This document shows, piece after piece, positions 35,189-44,131 of a DNA stretch of 64,000 nucleotides; the stretch's first letter is position 1; each line of letters starts with the position of its first letter. The stretch comes from Chloroflexota bacterium (lineage in GTDB: Bacteria > Chloroflexota > Limnocylindria > P2-11E): contig JACQAT010000001.1 of NCBI GenBank assembly GCA_016194865.1, forward strand, positions 81,657 through 145,656, read 5' to 3'. The notes under the pieces are model-generated. The model was given only the letters and a program-made list of their open reading frames with translations. It searched no databases and was not told the DNA's origin. The translations under genes and the position numbers were made by a program.

Positions 35189-36990
35189 GTGGTCGGGTTC
35201 GCCGTTCCCTTGGTGATGTTGGTGGATCGGGTCGCGCACCAGGCGCCGCCGTCACCGATCCGGTGGAGGACGTTGTTGTAGTACGTCGAGCTGAAGCTGT
35301 ACGTGGTGCTGTCGTAGACGGTCTCGACGCCGCCGACGATCTTGAGGTAGCGGACCTCCTCGGAGCCCGTGTTGTTGAGGAAGCCGCTGGCGATGTTCAT
35401 CACGTAGTAACCGTGCGCGGCGATGGTCGTGCCCGCGGGGATCACCTTGGGCGCACCGCCGCCGTTCACCAGGTCGTCGATGTAGAGGCCGCTCAGATCG
35501 ACGGCCACGGACAGTGGGTTGTAGAGCTCGACCCACTCGCCGTCCGTCGAAGGATTCGGAGCCCAAAGGAATTCGTTGATGACGACCTTCGAGGGATCAG
35601 CCGGTGTCGGCGTCGGAGTCGGGGTCGGCGTGGGCGTGGGCGTGGGCGTGGGCGTCGGGGTCGGCGTGGGTGCTCCGTAGGCCGTGTACGACCTGCTGCC
35701 CACGTCGTAGGTGATCGTGTAGCCGGTGCCCCCACCGGTCGTGCGGAGGACCACGGTGCCATTCGAGTTGAGCACGCCGGCGTAGTTCGTGAGCGTGACA
35801 CCGTCCGCCTGATGCACGTCGCACGGGTTGTTGGCGATGTAGATGTCGGCGCCCGTGCCGCGCGGGTTCACGATGCTCCGCAGCGCGTCGAGCATCCTGT
35901 TGCCGGGGTGCCCATAGCTGTTCGCGCCGCACGAGAGCCACGCGGTGACGGGCGTGAGGCTGTTGACGTAGGCCTGCGAGCTCGAGTGATCGCTGCCGTG
36001 GTGATTCGCCCGCATCGTGTCGACCGCTCCGAAGAGCGGCCCGATCTTCGCCTCGATGTTGTTGTACGTGTAGCTGTTGGCGCTGGTGTTGTACTCGCCG
36101 TCGGAGTCGCCGGCGGTCGCGTAGCGCCAGCCGCCGTAGGTGATCTTCACCGCGATCGAATAGTCGTTCTCCGAGGGCGGGACCGCGTCGGCGCTGTGAT
36201 CGCCGCTGACCGGCGTCACGCCGTCGGCCTGCATCGTGTCCTTGCCGTTCGCGTTGAGGATCGTCGCGGTGACGCCTGTTCCGAGATCGATCGCGGGCCA
36301 GCTCCCGGTGTTCGTGAGCGTGACGACGTGTCCCTGGATGTTCGCGCGGTCAGCCTGGCCCGCCGGCCCGTAGAGCCAGCAGATCCAGCGACGCGATGTT
36401 TGCGATGTCGTGCCCGCGTTGTGCCACGCGATCTCGGGGTCGGGCGCCGCCGACGACCCGACCGTGCAGCGGCCGTCGGCGTTCGCGTCGGTCCAGGTCC
36501 CGCCGTCGTGGTCGATCAGGCTGCCGACCGTGAAGCCAAATCCACCCGAGGTCGTCGGCGCGAGGAGCTGGTAGAGGCCGTTGCCGACGGACCCAGCGGT
36601 GTCCTGCGGATTCCAGGCATAGCCGATGTGGTCGAGGTGGTGGTGCGAGGCCATGACGTAGTCCAGCGCCACGGGGCTCGTGCCCGTCCCGCAGATCGAG
36701 CGGATGACGGATTCGTACCGCGCGGCGTTGGTGCTCGCGCCGGTCGAGTTCCAGGCCGTCTCGCCGAGGTCGATGAGCAGCGTCTTTCCGGTGGGCCCGA
36801 CGATGAACTGCCCATCGCCCTGCTCGACGTCAAGCCAGTAGAGGTTCACCTCGCCCTGCGTCCAGGTCCCCGCGGTCGAGCAGGCCACGGCGGGAACGGC
36901 GAACGCTGCTTGGGGATGCACACCCACGGTCAGGAGAAGCGCTACGAGGACGCTCGTTATGGCGTAAGCCATCGCGCGCTGGGGGGTCAT
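35179..36990 (-). CDS. secreted MBL-fold metallo-hydrolase fused to a (PT)n linker and C-terminal lamin-tail domain (LTD)
   Basis: Signal peptide (MAYAITSVLVALLLTVGVHPQAAFA). MBL motif VMASHHHLDHIGY plus downstream His/Asp ligands, a (PT)14 linker, then LTD signature VVINEFLWAPN...EWVELYNP. The start is either ATG 36990 or ATG 36972. Confidence 0.7.
   Translation of the reverse strand: MTPQRAMAYAITSVLVALLLTVGVHPQAAFAVPAVACSTAGTWTQGEVNLYWLDVEQGDGQFIVGPTGKTLLIDLGETAWNSTGASTNAARYESVIRSICGTGTSPVALDYVMASHHHLDHIGYAWNPQDTAGSVGNGLYQLLAPTTSGGFGFTVGSLIDHDGGTWTDANADGRCTVGSSAAPDPEIAWHNAGTTSQTSRRWICWLYGPAGQADRANIQGHVVTLTNTGSWPAIDLGTGVTATILNANGKDTMQADGVTPVSGDHSADAVPPSENDYSIAVKITYGGWRYATAGDSDGEYNTSANSYTYNNIEAKIGPLFGAVDTMRANHHGSDHSSSQAYVNSLTPVTAWLSCGANSYGHPGNRMLDALRSIVNPRGTGADIYIANNPCDVHQADGVTLTNYAGVLNSNGTVVLRTTGGGTGYTITYDVGSRSYTAYGAPTPTPTPTPTPTPTPTPTPTPTPADPSKVVINEFLWAPNPSTDGEWVELYNPLSVAVDLSGLYIDDLVNGGGAPKVIPAGTTIAAHGYYVMNIASGFLNNTGSEEVRYLKIVGGVETVYDSTTYSFSSTYYNNVLHRIGDGGAWCATRSTNITKGTANPTTCP
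35591..35658 (-). repeat. tandem hexanucleotide repeats encoding the (Pro-Thr)n linker
   Basis: The (GGCGTG/GGGGTC)n array on the plus strand is the reverse complement of ACNCCN repeats. Confidence 0.7.
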
Positions 36991-37144
36991 CGACACCGCC
37001 TTCACCGCGAAGCTCCGGCGAAGCCCCCCTTCCGCCGTGCGGGGCAATCGTCGGGCGCGGATGCACGCCCGGTCAACGTCTCGCGGGTATCAACCTGTTG
37101 ATGTTCGAGGCGGGGGCCGGCCCCGGCCGACCCCCGCCGCTGAA

Positions 37145-39043
37145 TCAGTGCGCCAGGCTGCCGCCGGAAGTCTGGCGCGCGTAGTCGGTGTAGGTGCGCC
37201 GCGGATCGTCGGTCGGGCCCTCGGGCCCGCTGTTGGCATAGCTCACGTGGGCGAGTCCGTTGGAGTCGCGATCGACCATCGTGAAGTCGAGGAGGATGCG
37301 GCCGTCGTCACCGCCGGTCGTGCAGCCGAGGCCGGAGAGGCAGATCGAGCCGTAGCGGATGGGCTGTGGGCTGATGCGGCCGAGCGTCGTCACCGGAGCG
37401 CCCGTCGCGCTACGGATGCTCGCCATGTACATGTACCAGTCCGCGGTGGGGTCGTTCGTCGATGGGTTCGACGAGCCCGCGTAGACGATGTCGACCTTGC
37501 CGCTGGCGCCCGCGACGGCCCATGGCAGCACCGCCGAGCTCGTGTTCGTCGATACGGTGCGCGGGGCCGACCAGGTGTTGCCATGGTCGGTCGAGGTGCT
37601 GAGCTTGACCGAGCTTGGGCCATACGGGGCCACGCGCTCGGACCAGACCGCGTACAGGTTGCCGGCGTCGTCGATCGCGATCACCGGGAAGAGCGCCGCA
37701 ACATCGTTGCCGAGCGGCGCGCTGTAGATGAGCTTGTTCGTGAAGATGACGGCGTCCGCCGACTTCGCGAGGTAGATGTTGCGGGTCGCCGCGGGCGCGC
37801 CGCCGGTCGGAGCGCCCGGCGAGGCGACGATCGCGTACACCACGCCATCGCTGCCGAAGACCTGGTTGCCGATGAAGGTGTTGCCGAACGCGTTCGCGAG
37901 GGCCGTCGGGTCGGTGATCATCGGGTTGCAGACCGGCTGCCCGACGCCGTTCGACAGGATCAGGCACTCGTACGGAAGGTTGTCGACGTTGATGTCGTGG
38001 TAGCTGACGACGACCTTGCTCGGCGCGCTCGCGCCGGGTGAGGTGTACGTCGCGAGCCACTCACGATCGGCGTCGACGCCCGGTGGCGTGGTCCCCGTCC
38101 AGGTCGCGCCCTTGTCATGGGAGACACCGACGTAGATCGCGGCGGCGCCGAGGTCCGCCTGCCAGACGTCGCCGTTCCTCGCGACGGCGAGGTGAGAGTC
38201 GAAGCCGCCGATCGCGTTGAGCGAGAAGCTCGGTTGCGAGTGTGTGAAGTTCCCGCCCGCGTCGAGCGAACGCCAGAAGTCGACGCCCGCAGGGTTGCCG
38301 CCGGCGACCGCGGGGCCACCGACCGGCGCGGAGACGTACACGGTGTCGCCGTTCCAACGGTCGACGGCGATCGACGGCTCACCATCGCCGCCGTCAGGGA
38401 GGTGCATCGTCGTGAAGCCGAATCCGGTGCTCGCCGGCGCGCTCGCGAAGAGCCGCACCTTCAGCGTCCACGGGATCGATTGGATGAGCGCGCAGGGCCC
38501 CGCCGTCGATTCGCCGGGTGAGTTCCGGCGGATCTGGAGCATGTAGTAGCGGAGCTGCGGCTGCGCGATCGCGACACGCTGCGTCGAGACGCGGTTCTCG
38601 GCCGAGCGCCGGACGCGCGCCCCGGACGTGCTCTTCGCCGCGTCGGACTGCAGGATCTGGAGGTACGGCGGGCAGTCCGGATTGAGGAGCAGGCCGAGGT
38701 CGTACGTGATCCGCGCGTCGACGACCACGTAGTTGTTCGCGAAGAACGACGCCCTCGTCTTGCTGATGTCGACGAACACGTCGCCGTTGCCGGTTCCGGT
38801 CGCGGAGAAGTCGCCGGCTCCCGTCGCGTCGATCGCATCCATGAGCGCTTCGATGACCGGGCTGTCCGCGCGCGCGCCGCCACCGAACACGCCGGCCAGC
38901 AGGACGACCGCGAGCGTTATCGAGATGGAGGGAACGCGAGCGAGGCGGGCTACGCCCGCCGAGTGAGCTCGACCAGCCTTGAGCCGCGCCGCGGCCCTCG
39001 TAGCGAAGCGAGAGGGACGCTGCGCATTAGAAGAGCGAGTCAT
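37145..39043 (-). CDS. secreted BNR/Asp-box repeat protein (sialidase/exo-alpha-sialidase-like beta-propeller)
   Basis: Signal-anchor near the N-terminus and multiple S-x-D-x-G-x-T-W Asp-box motifs (SHDKGATW, STDHGNTW); 632 aa. Confidence 0.6.
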   Translation of the reverse strand: MTRSSNAQRPSRFATRAAARLKAGRAHSAGVARLARVPSISITLAVVLLAGVFGGGARADSPVIEALMDAIDATGAGDFSATGTGNGDVFVDISKTRASFFANNYVVVDARITYDLGLLLNPDCPPYLQILQSDAAKSTSGARVRRSAENRVSTQRVAIAQPQLRYYMLQIRRNSPGESTAGPCALIQSIPWTLKVRLFASAPASTGFGFTTMHLPDGGDGEPSIAVDRWNGDTVYVSAPVGGPAVAGGNPAGVDFWRSLDAGGNFTHSQPSFSLNAIGGFDSHLAVARNGDVWQADLGAAAIYVGVSHDKGATWTGTTPPGVDADREWLATYTSPGASAPSKVVVSYHDINVDNLPYECLILSNGVGQPVCNPMITDPTALANAFGNTFIGNQVFGSDGVVYAIVASPGAPTGGAPAATRNIYLAKSADAVIFTNKLIYSAPLGNDVAALFPVIAIDDAGNLYAVWSERVAPYGPSSVKLSTSTDHGNTWSAPRTVSTNTSSAVLPWAVAGASGKVDIVYAGSSNPSTNDPTADWYMYMASIRSATGAPVTTLGRISPQPIRYGSICLSGLGCTTGGDDGRILLDFTMVDRDSNGLAHVSYANSGPEGPTDDPRRTYTDYARQTSGGSLAH

Positions 39044-39157
39044 TCGAGTGACCCCCTTACACGCGAGAGTGGTCGTCGATGCCGCAACCGCGCGGCCACG
39101 AGGGGGTAACGAACGGCAACGTTCGGTAAAGATCGCCGGTGATCTGGGTCACGCACG

Positions 39158-39190
39158 AAAAAGGCCCCGCCTGTCCGGCGGGGCCTTTCG
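39158..39190. terminator. bidirectional rho-independent terminator
   Basis: AAAAA-GGCCCCGCC-TGTCC-GGCGGGGCC-TTTCG: a 9-bp GC stem flanked by an A-run on one side and a T-run on the other. It lies between the zinc-ribbon gene and the BNR gene. Confidence 0.65.
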
Positions 39191-39230
39191 TCATTGGCTT
39201 GGGAGTGCCTGGTCCGTTGGTACCAGTGCG

Positions 39231-39575
39231 CTAGTAGCGCGCTCCACGCGACGCCGACGGGCGCACCTGCTCGAAGCAGCTGCTGCAGTACACCGGCTTG
39301 TCGCCACGGGGCTGGAACGGAACGCGTGCCTCGCCACCGCAGTTGCTGCATGTCGCGGTGAAGAACTCGCGCGGACCGCCCATGCCGCGCCCGCCGCCGC
39401 CGTACATCCCGCCGCCGCCCATCCCGCCGCTCGCGCGACGCGCCGAACGACACGTCGGGCAACGGCCGGGCTCGTTGACCAGTCCACGTGACTGGTAGAA
39501 CTCCTGCTCACCAGAAGTCCAGATGAACTCCTGACCGCAGTCCTTGCAGGTCAGCGTCTTGTCCGAGAAGCTCAC
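39231..39575 (-). CDS. zinc-ribbon protein with two CxxC...CxxC modules joined by a Gly/Met-rich linker
   Basis: GTG 39575 with a GGGAGG RBS. The sequence is TCKDCGQEF...RCPTCR, then a GGMGGGGMYGGGGRGMGG linker, then TCSNCGG...YCSSCF. The upstream part of the track ORF is discarded. Confidence 0.6.
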   Translation of the reverse strand: MSFSDKTLTCKDCGQEFIWTSGEQEFYQSRGLVNEPGRCPTCRSARRASGGMGGGGMYGGGGRGMGGPREFFTATCSNCGGEARVPFQPRGDKPVYCSSCFEQVRPSASRGARY

Positions 39576-39714
39576 TTGTGAAGCTTCCTCCCTTTGTTGT
39601 GCTGACGCCTCGAGCCGTCGCTCGGTCGCGGGAGGATGTGCCTCACTCGACGCTCGCGGAGATGACTCTCGCCGCCGCCTTTTGCCCCTTTGGGGCGAAA
39701 AAATCGTAGCAGTT

Positions 39715-40338
39715 TCAGTCTTTTCGGGGTAGTCCCGGGGAAGGATCCAGCAGGATCTCGCCCAGCCACTCGTCGTGCCACTGCCCCGTGCGGAAGTACG
39801 CCTCCCGCAGCCGGCCCATCTGGCGGTAGCCCGCCTTTTCATTCGCCCGCCGGCTACCGCGGTTGCGCATCACGATCCAGTTGTGGACGCGGCGGATACG
39901 AAGCTCGTCCCAGGCGAACGCGGTGCGCAGGCGGATCGCCTCGGACGCGATGCCCCGGCCGTACAGATCGCTCCGCCCGATGAAGATGCCGCTCTCGCCG
40001 TCGCGCGCGACCCAGTCGATGTCGAAGATACCCGTGAACCCGACGTGCTCCTCTTCCAGATGGATCGCCCAGGCGACGTTCGTCGTGCCCGACGCCTGCT
40101 CCTTGAAGCGCTTCTCGATCTCGTCATCGCCGCGCGAGAGCGTCCGCCAGCCCCAGAAGCGCGTCGTTTCCGGCTCGAGCATCCACAGGATCTCGCGCTT
40201 GAACGTCTCGAGCGTCGGCGGACGCAGCGAGATGCCGCGCTCGCCGTCGAGCCGCGGGCCGAATATGGCTAGGCCTCCAGCTCCGGGCCGAGCGGCGCCG
40301 GATATTCGCGATGCTCGGCGCCCCAGCGCTCGTCCCAT
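39715..40338 (-). CDS. GNAT family N-acetyltransferase (RimJ/RimL-like)
   Basis: The conserved core starts about ISLRPP. The 5' end overlaps the upstream GNAT gene by about 70 nt, so the start is uncertain. Confidence 0.6.
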   Translation of the reverse strand: MGRALGRRASRISGAARPGAGGLAIFGPRLDGERGISLRPPTLETFKREILWMLEPETTRFWGWRTLSRGDDEIEKRFKEQASGTTNVAWAIHLEEEHVGFTGIFDIDWVARDGESGIFIGRSDLYGRGIASEAIRLRTAFAWDELRIRRVHNWIVMRNRGSRRANEKAGYRQMGRLREAYFRTGQWHDEWLGEILLDPSPGLPRKD

Positions 40339-40868
40339 GTCCGCAGCGTCATGCGCATGCGGTATTGGTCGACGTAGGCGCTGTCGCGATAGAAGGCCTC
40401 ATGCCCGTGGGCGAAGCGCTCGTACCCGAGCTTCTCCGCGATGCGCAGCGCGCTGAGCTGATCCACGGGGAGCTCGATGTTCACGCAACGCAGGTGCACG
40501 ATGTCGAAGATCCAGCGATGGAGCGTCAACGCCGCATCGAAGCCGTGGCCCTTGTGCCAGTGCCCGGGGTCGATGAGGAACTGCTGGATGTCCACCGCGT
40601 CGGCCGCGGGTGCGCCTGAGAAACGGATCTTCGCGAGGCCGACCGCGGCGCTGTCGGCTTCGATCAGCCAGAGCACGCAGTCCTTGTCCTTGACGACGTC
40701 GTTGAAGCGCTCCTTCCACGTGGATGACGCGCACGGCTCGCCGATACGGCCCATCGGCCCGCCGCGACGCACGCGCATGTCCGCCGCCCAGCGATCGACC
40801 TGTGGCAGGTCATCGAGCGTGGGCAGGCGAAGGCGCGTGGTCTTCCCGCGTACGGTCCCGCCGAGCAT
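40269..40868 (-). CDS. GNAT family N-acetyltransferase
   Basis: ATG 40868 (MLGGTVRGKTTRLRLPTLDD...); the track ORF upstream of that is an artefact. Confidence 0.65.
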   Translation of the reverse strand: MLGGTVRGKTTRLRLPTLDDLPQVDRWAADMRVRRGGPMGRIGEPCASSTWKERFNDVVKDKDCVLWLIEADSAAVGLAKIRFSGAPAADAVDIQQFLIDPGHWHKGHGFDAALTLHRWIFDIVHLRCVNIELPVDQLSALRIAEKLGYERFAHGHEAFYRDSAYVDQYRMRMTLRTWDERWGAEHREYPAPLGPELEA

Positions 40869-40872
40869 CGGC

Positions 40873-42222
40873 TCAGGGTACGGGGAGATGGATCGCGAAC
40901 TCCGCGCCGTGCCCCGCGACGTTCCTCGCCTCGATGCGGCCGCCGTGCGCCTGCGCGATCGCCTGCGCGATCGCGAGGCCGAGGCCCGCTCCGTCGCGTG
41001 CCGCGTTCTCGCCGCGGTAGAAGCGCTCGAAGAGTCTTGTTTCCGCCCCGTCCGGAAGTCCGGAGCCGTCGTCGCGAACGCGCACGACGAACTCGCCGTC
41101 CTCACGGCCGCCGCGGACCGCGACCGTCGATCCGCTCGGCGAGTGCTTCACCGCGTTGTCGAGCACGTTGAGGAACAGCTGCGACAGCCGATCCGGATCG
41201 CCCTTCATGTCCGGCATCGTCCCAAGCTGGCTGTCGATCGCGACGTTCGCCTCCTTCGCCTGCACCGCGATCGCGGCCAGCGCGCTCTCGACCAGCGTGT
41301 CGACACGGACGGTCTCGCTGGCCATGTGCTGCGATCCGGACTCCAGCTTCGCGACCTGCAGCAGCCCCTCCACGAGACGCGTCAGCCGGCGTGCCTCGCG
41401 CTGGATGACGCCCGCGGCCCAGCCGGTTCCCTCGCCGCTGACCTCGCCCTCGACGATGGCCTGCGCGAAACCCTGGATCGACGTGAGCGGGGTGCGCAGC
41501 TCGTGCGACATGTCCGCGAGGAACGCGTGCTCGCTTCCGCGGGCGCGCTCGACCTCGTCCGCCATCTCGTTGAAGGCGATGCCGAGATCGGCCACCTCAC
41601 GTGGTCCCGCGACCGGCGCGCGAGACCGGTAGCGGCTCGCGGCGAAGGTCCGCACGCTCGCCGCGAGGCCGCGGACGGGCCCGGTGATCGTCCGCGCGAG
41701 GAGCGCGGCCACGATCAGCGCGAACAGCGCGGCGATGACGCCCGCGGCGGCGAGCGATGGCGTCAGGATGCGCAGCGTGTCGCCGAAGGCGGCCTTCGGC
41801 CGCGCGACGATCACCGTCCCCACCTGGCCGAGCGCCCGTTGCACGAAGCTCCAGTCCTCACCGCGGTCGCGCAGCGTCCCGAGCCCGGTCGCCGGGTCGA
41901 GCGAGGCGATGGTCTGCCCCTCGAGCGAGCCGTCGCTGTCGACGAGGACACGCCGCGTGTTCGTCACGACGATGAGCACGCGTGCGTCCACGGTCCGCGC
42001 CTGCTCCGAGATGGCCTGGACCGCGTCTCGGACCGGGCGCCCCTGGCGGAGCGAGGTCTGGATGCTCGTGACGATCGGCGCGGTGAGCTCCTCGAGGCGC
42101 ACGCGCGCGACGTCGTTCTCGTAGCGCAGGAGGAGGCCCGCGATGGCGATCGCGGCGACGATGAGGCCCACGACGACGACCGCGAGGTAGGAAAGGAAGA
42201 GGCGCGTCGCGACGGTGTTCAC
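40873..42222 (-). CDS. two-component sensor histidine kinase (TM-HAMP-HisKA-HATPase)
   Basis: H-box FLADMSHELRTPLTSI and the N/G1/G2 boxes (VLDNAVKHSP, DDGSGLPD, GAGLGLAIA). Confidence 0.85.
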   Translation of the reverse strand: MNTVATRLFLSYLAVVVVGLIVAAIAIAGLLLRYENDVARVRLEELTAPIVTSIQTSLRQGRPVRDAVQAISEQARTVDARVLIVVTNTRRVLVDSDGSLEGQTIASLDPATGLGTLRDRGEDWSFVQRALGQVGTVIVARPKAAFGDTLRILTPSLAAAGVIAALFALIVAALLARTITGPVRGLAASVRTFAASRYRSRAPVAGPREVADLGIAFNEMADEVERARGSEHAFLADMSHELRTPLTSIQGFAQAIVEGEVSGEGTGWAAGVIQREARRLTRLVEGLLQVAKLESGSQHMASETVRVDTLVESALAAIAVQAKEANVAIDSQLGTMPDMKGDPDRLSQLFLNVLDNAVKHSPSGSTVAVRGGREDGEFVVRVRDDGSGLPDGAETRLFERFYRGENAARDGAGLGLAIAQAIAQAHGGRIEARNVAGHGAEFAIHLPVP

Positions 42223-42908
42223 GTGCCGTCGGGCCCGACCAGCTTATATCCGACGCCGAAGACGGTCTCGATCTTCGCGGCCATGCCGTCGGGCTTGTCC
42301 CGCAGCTGCTTCACGTGGACGTCGACGGTGCGCGTCTCGCCGGGATAGGCGAAGCCCCACACGTCCTCGAGGAGCTTGTCGCGCGTGAGCACGATCCCCG
42401 GCTGGCGCAGGAACGCCTCGAGCAGCTCGAACTCCTTCGCGCGCAGCGCGATCGCGCGACCCGCGACGGTCACCTCGTGACGCGACGGATCGAGCCGTAG
42501 GTCGCCGAGCTCCAGGGTCCGCCCGCCGCCCGGCATGCCGCTCGCGCGACGCAGCACGGAGCGCACGCGCGCCACCAGCTCGCGCGGATTGAACGGCTTG
42601 GTCATGTAGTCGTCGACGCCCGCCTCGAGCGAGGCGATCTTGTCCTCGTCGTCGGCGCGCGCGGTCAGCAGGAGCACCGGCGTGTCGTGGTGGCTCCGCA
42701 GCTCGCGGAAGAGCTCGAGCCCGTCACCGTCGGGAAGCCCGAGATCGAGGACGACGATGGCCGGCTTCGTCTCTTTGAACGCTGCGCGTGCGCGCGAGGC
42801 GGTCGTCGCGTGCTCGACGATGAACCCGGCGTTGCGCAGGTACAGCGTGACGAGCTCCGCCACCGAGACGTCGTCCTCGACGACCACGACGCGCGGTTGC
42901 GCGCTCAC
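42219..42908 (-). CDS. OmpR-family response regulator
   Basis: Receiver domain (VVVVEDD...LDLGLPDGDG) plus a winged-helix Trans_reg_C domain; 4-nt overlap with the kinase gene. Confidence 0.9.
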   Translation of the reverse strand: MSAQPRVVVVEDDVSVAELVTLYLRNAGFIVEHATTASRARAAFKETKPAIVVLDLGLPDGDGLELFRELRSHHDTPVLLLTARADDEDKIASLEAGVDDYMTKPFNPRELVARVRSVLRRASGMPGGGRTLELGDLRLDPSRHEVTVAGRAIALRAKEFELLEAFLRQPGIVLTRDKLLEDVWGFAYPGETRTVDVHVKQLRDKPDGMAAKIETVFGVGYKLVGPDGT

Positions 42909-42931
42909 ATCCGAATGCTAGGTGCGCCCGA

Positions 42932-43357
42932 TCACCTTTTCCGTCGCGGCGCGGCACGTCGCGGTCTCGCTCGCGGCGCTGCACGGCCGCGACCCCGAAC
43001 GGCCTTCCGGGCTTTCGAGGGTGACGCGGACGCGCTAGCCCGAGCGGCCGCGCGCGGTCGCTCGCTGGACGCGCGCTCCCGCGCGGCGGTGCGCTGCAGG
43101 GGCTCGAAGGAGACCACGAGACGATGTCCGTAGGCCGCGGCAAGACGCGCGAGCGAACGCAGGCTCGGGAGATAGCGCGGGTCCTCCATGCGCCGAAGCT
43201 GCGTCTGCGACGTATGCAGGAGCTTCGCCGCGCCGCGCTCCGAAAGGCCGAGCGCGTAGCGCAGCTCGGCGACCGCGCGCGCGACGTTGACGGCGAGGGG
43301 ATCCGGCTTCTGCTCAGGGGTCTCCGCGACCGTCTGTGGTAGCGGCTGTTCGGGCAC
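42932..43357 (-). CDS. XRE-family helix-turn-helix protein with highly basic C-terminal tail
   Basis: HTH region LRYALGLSERGAAKLLHTSQTQLRRME; the C-terminal 50 aa are Arg/Ala/Pro-rich. Confidence 0.55.
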   Translation of the reverse strand: MPEQPLPQTVAETPEQKPDPLAVNVARAVAELRYALGLSERGAAKLLHTSQTQLRRMEDPRYLPSLRSLARLAAAYGHRLVVSFEPLQRTAARERASSERPRAAARASASASPSKARKAVRGRGRAAPRARPRRAAPRRKR

Positions 43358-43413
43358 CGGGGGATGTTAGCTCGCTGGTGAGTGATCGCGGGTCCGGTCC
43401 AGTATCACGTGAC

Positions 43414-44022
43414 TCAGGCGCTCGCGAATTCGTCCAACAGCTCCAGCTGGGTCGGGTCGTACGTGACCAGCAGCACTCCTTCGCAGCCGCTCGCGACCGC
43501 GGCGCGCAGCTGGGCGCGGAGCAGCAGCCTCTCTCCGGCGTGCGCCCTGAGCCCGCCCCACATTTTCGTGATCGGCGCCTGATCGCGCGCGTGACGCAGC
43601 AGCCGCGCGACCTCGTCCGTGCCGCGCATGAGGGCCATCGGGCACAGCAGGTCGATATCGATCGCGTGGACCCGTGCCGGCCAGCCCGCGTCCAGCGGCC
43701 GCACGGCGAGCGAGCGCACCAGAAGCCTCCGCGTCGGCACCGGGACCATCGCAGCGGCGAGCTCCTCGAAATGGAGGCCCTCGATCGCGTGCTCGTCCGC
43801 GAAGGCGGCGACGCCCGTCGGGTCGAATGGCCGTGGCGCGGCGTGGATCCGCACGCCCACGACCGCCGCTGCCCTCACGAGATGCGCGTGGGCGCCTGTC
43901 GCCGGCACGCGTATCTCCACGACGAGATCGCGGATGCCGCGCGTCGCCACGTCAGCAAGGAGATCGTCGATGGCCACTGTGCTTGCCATCCGCACGGCCT
44001 CGACCCACAGCGCCTTTTCCAT
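43414..44022 (-). CDS. hypothetical protein
   Basis: Internal ATG 44022 (MEKALWVEAV...) is preferred. No confident family; it may have an alpha/beta TIM-like fold. Confidence 0.3.
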   Translation of the reverse strand: MEKALWVEAVRMASTVAIDDLLADVATRGIRDLVVEIRVPATGAHAHLVRAAAVVGVRIHAAPRPFDPTGVAAFADEHAIEGLHFEELAAAMVPVPTRRLLVRSLAVRPLDAGWPARVHAIDIDLLCPMALMRGTDEVARLLRHARDQAPITKMWGGLRAHAGERLLLRAQLRAAVASGCEGVLLVTYDPTQLELLDEFASA

Positions 44023-44131
44023 CACAGCGCCGCGAACGTCGACAGCGTGAGCCCGTTCGCCGCGACGGCCGACCGCACGCGCGGGTCGCACAGCGGTCGC
44101 GCGAAGGTCAGCAGCCGCCTCATGAGAGGCT

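Noticed and set aside
35591-35658. Short tandem repeat array considered as a possible CRISPR/minisatellite
   Set aside because: Unit is 6 nt with no spacers; it simply encodes the (Pro-Thr)n linker of the MBL-LTD protein.
35116-37101. 661-aa plus-strand ORF; likewise 40477..42348 (+), 44288..46024 (+) and 19644..21494 (-)
   Set aside because: All are antisense to genes with strong domain signatures (MBL-LTD protein, histidine kinase, AnmK-MurQ, HD-GYP) and have an Arg/Asp/Gly-rich low-complexity translation.
39671-39700. Hairpin GCCCC-TTT-GGGGC near the GNAT stop, considered as an intrinsic terminator
   Set aside because: The T-run precedes rather than follows the stem on both strands, so it does not fit a rho-independent terminator. 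It was kept only as a possible leader structure of the zinc-ribbon gene.
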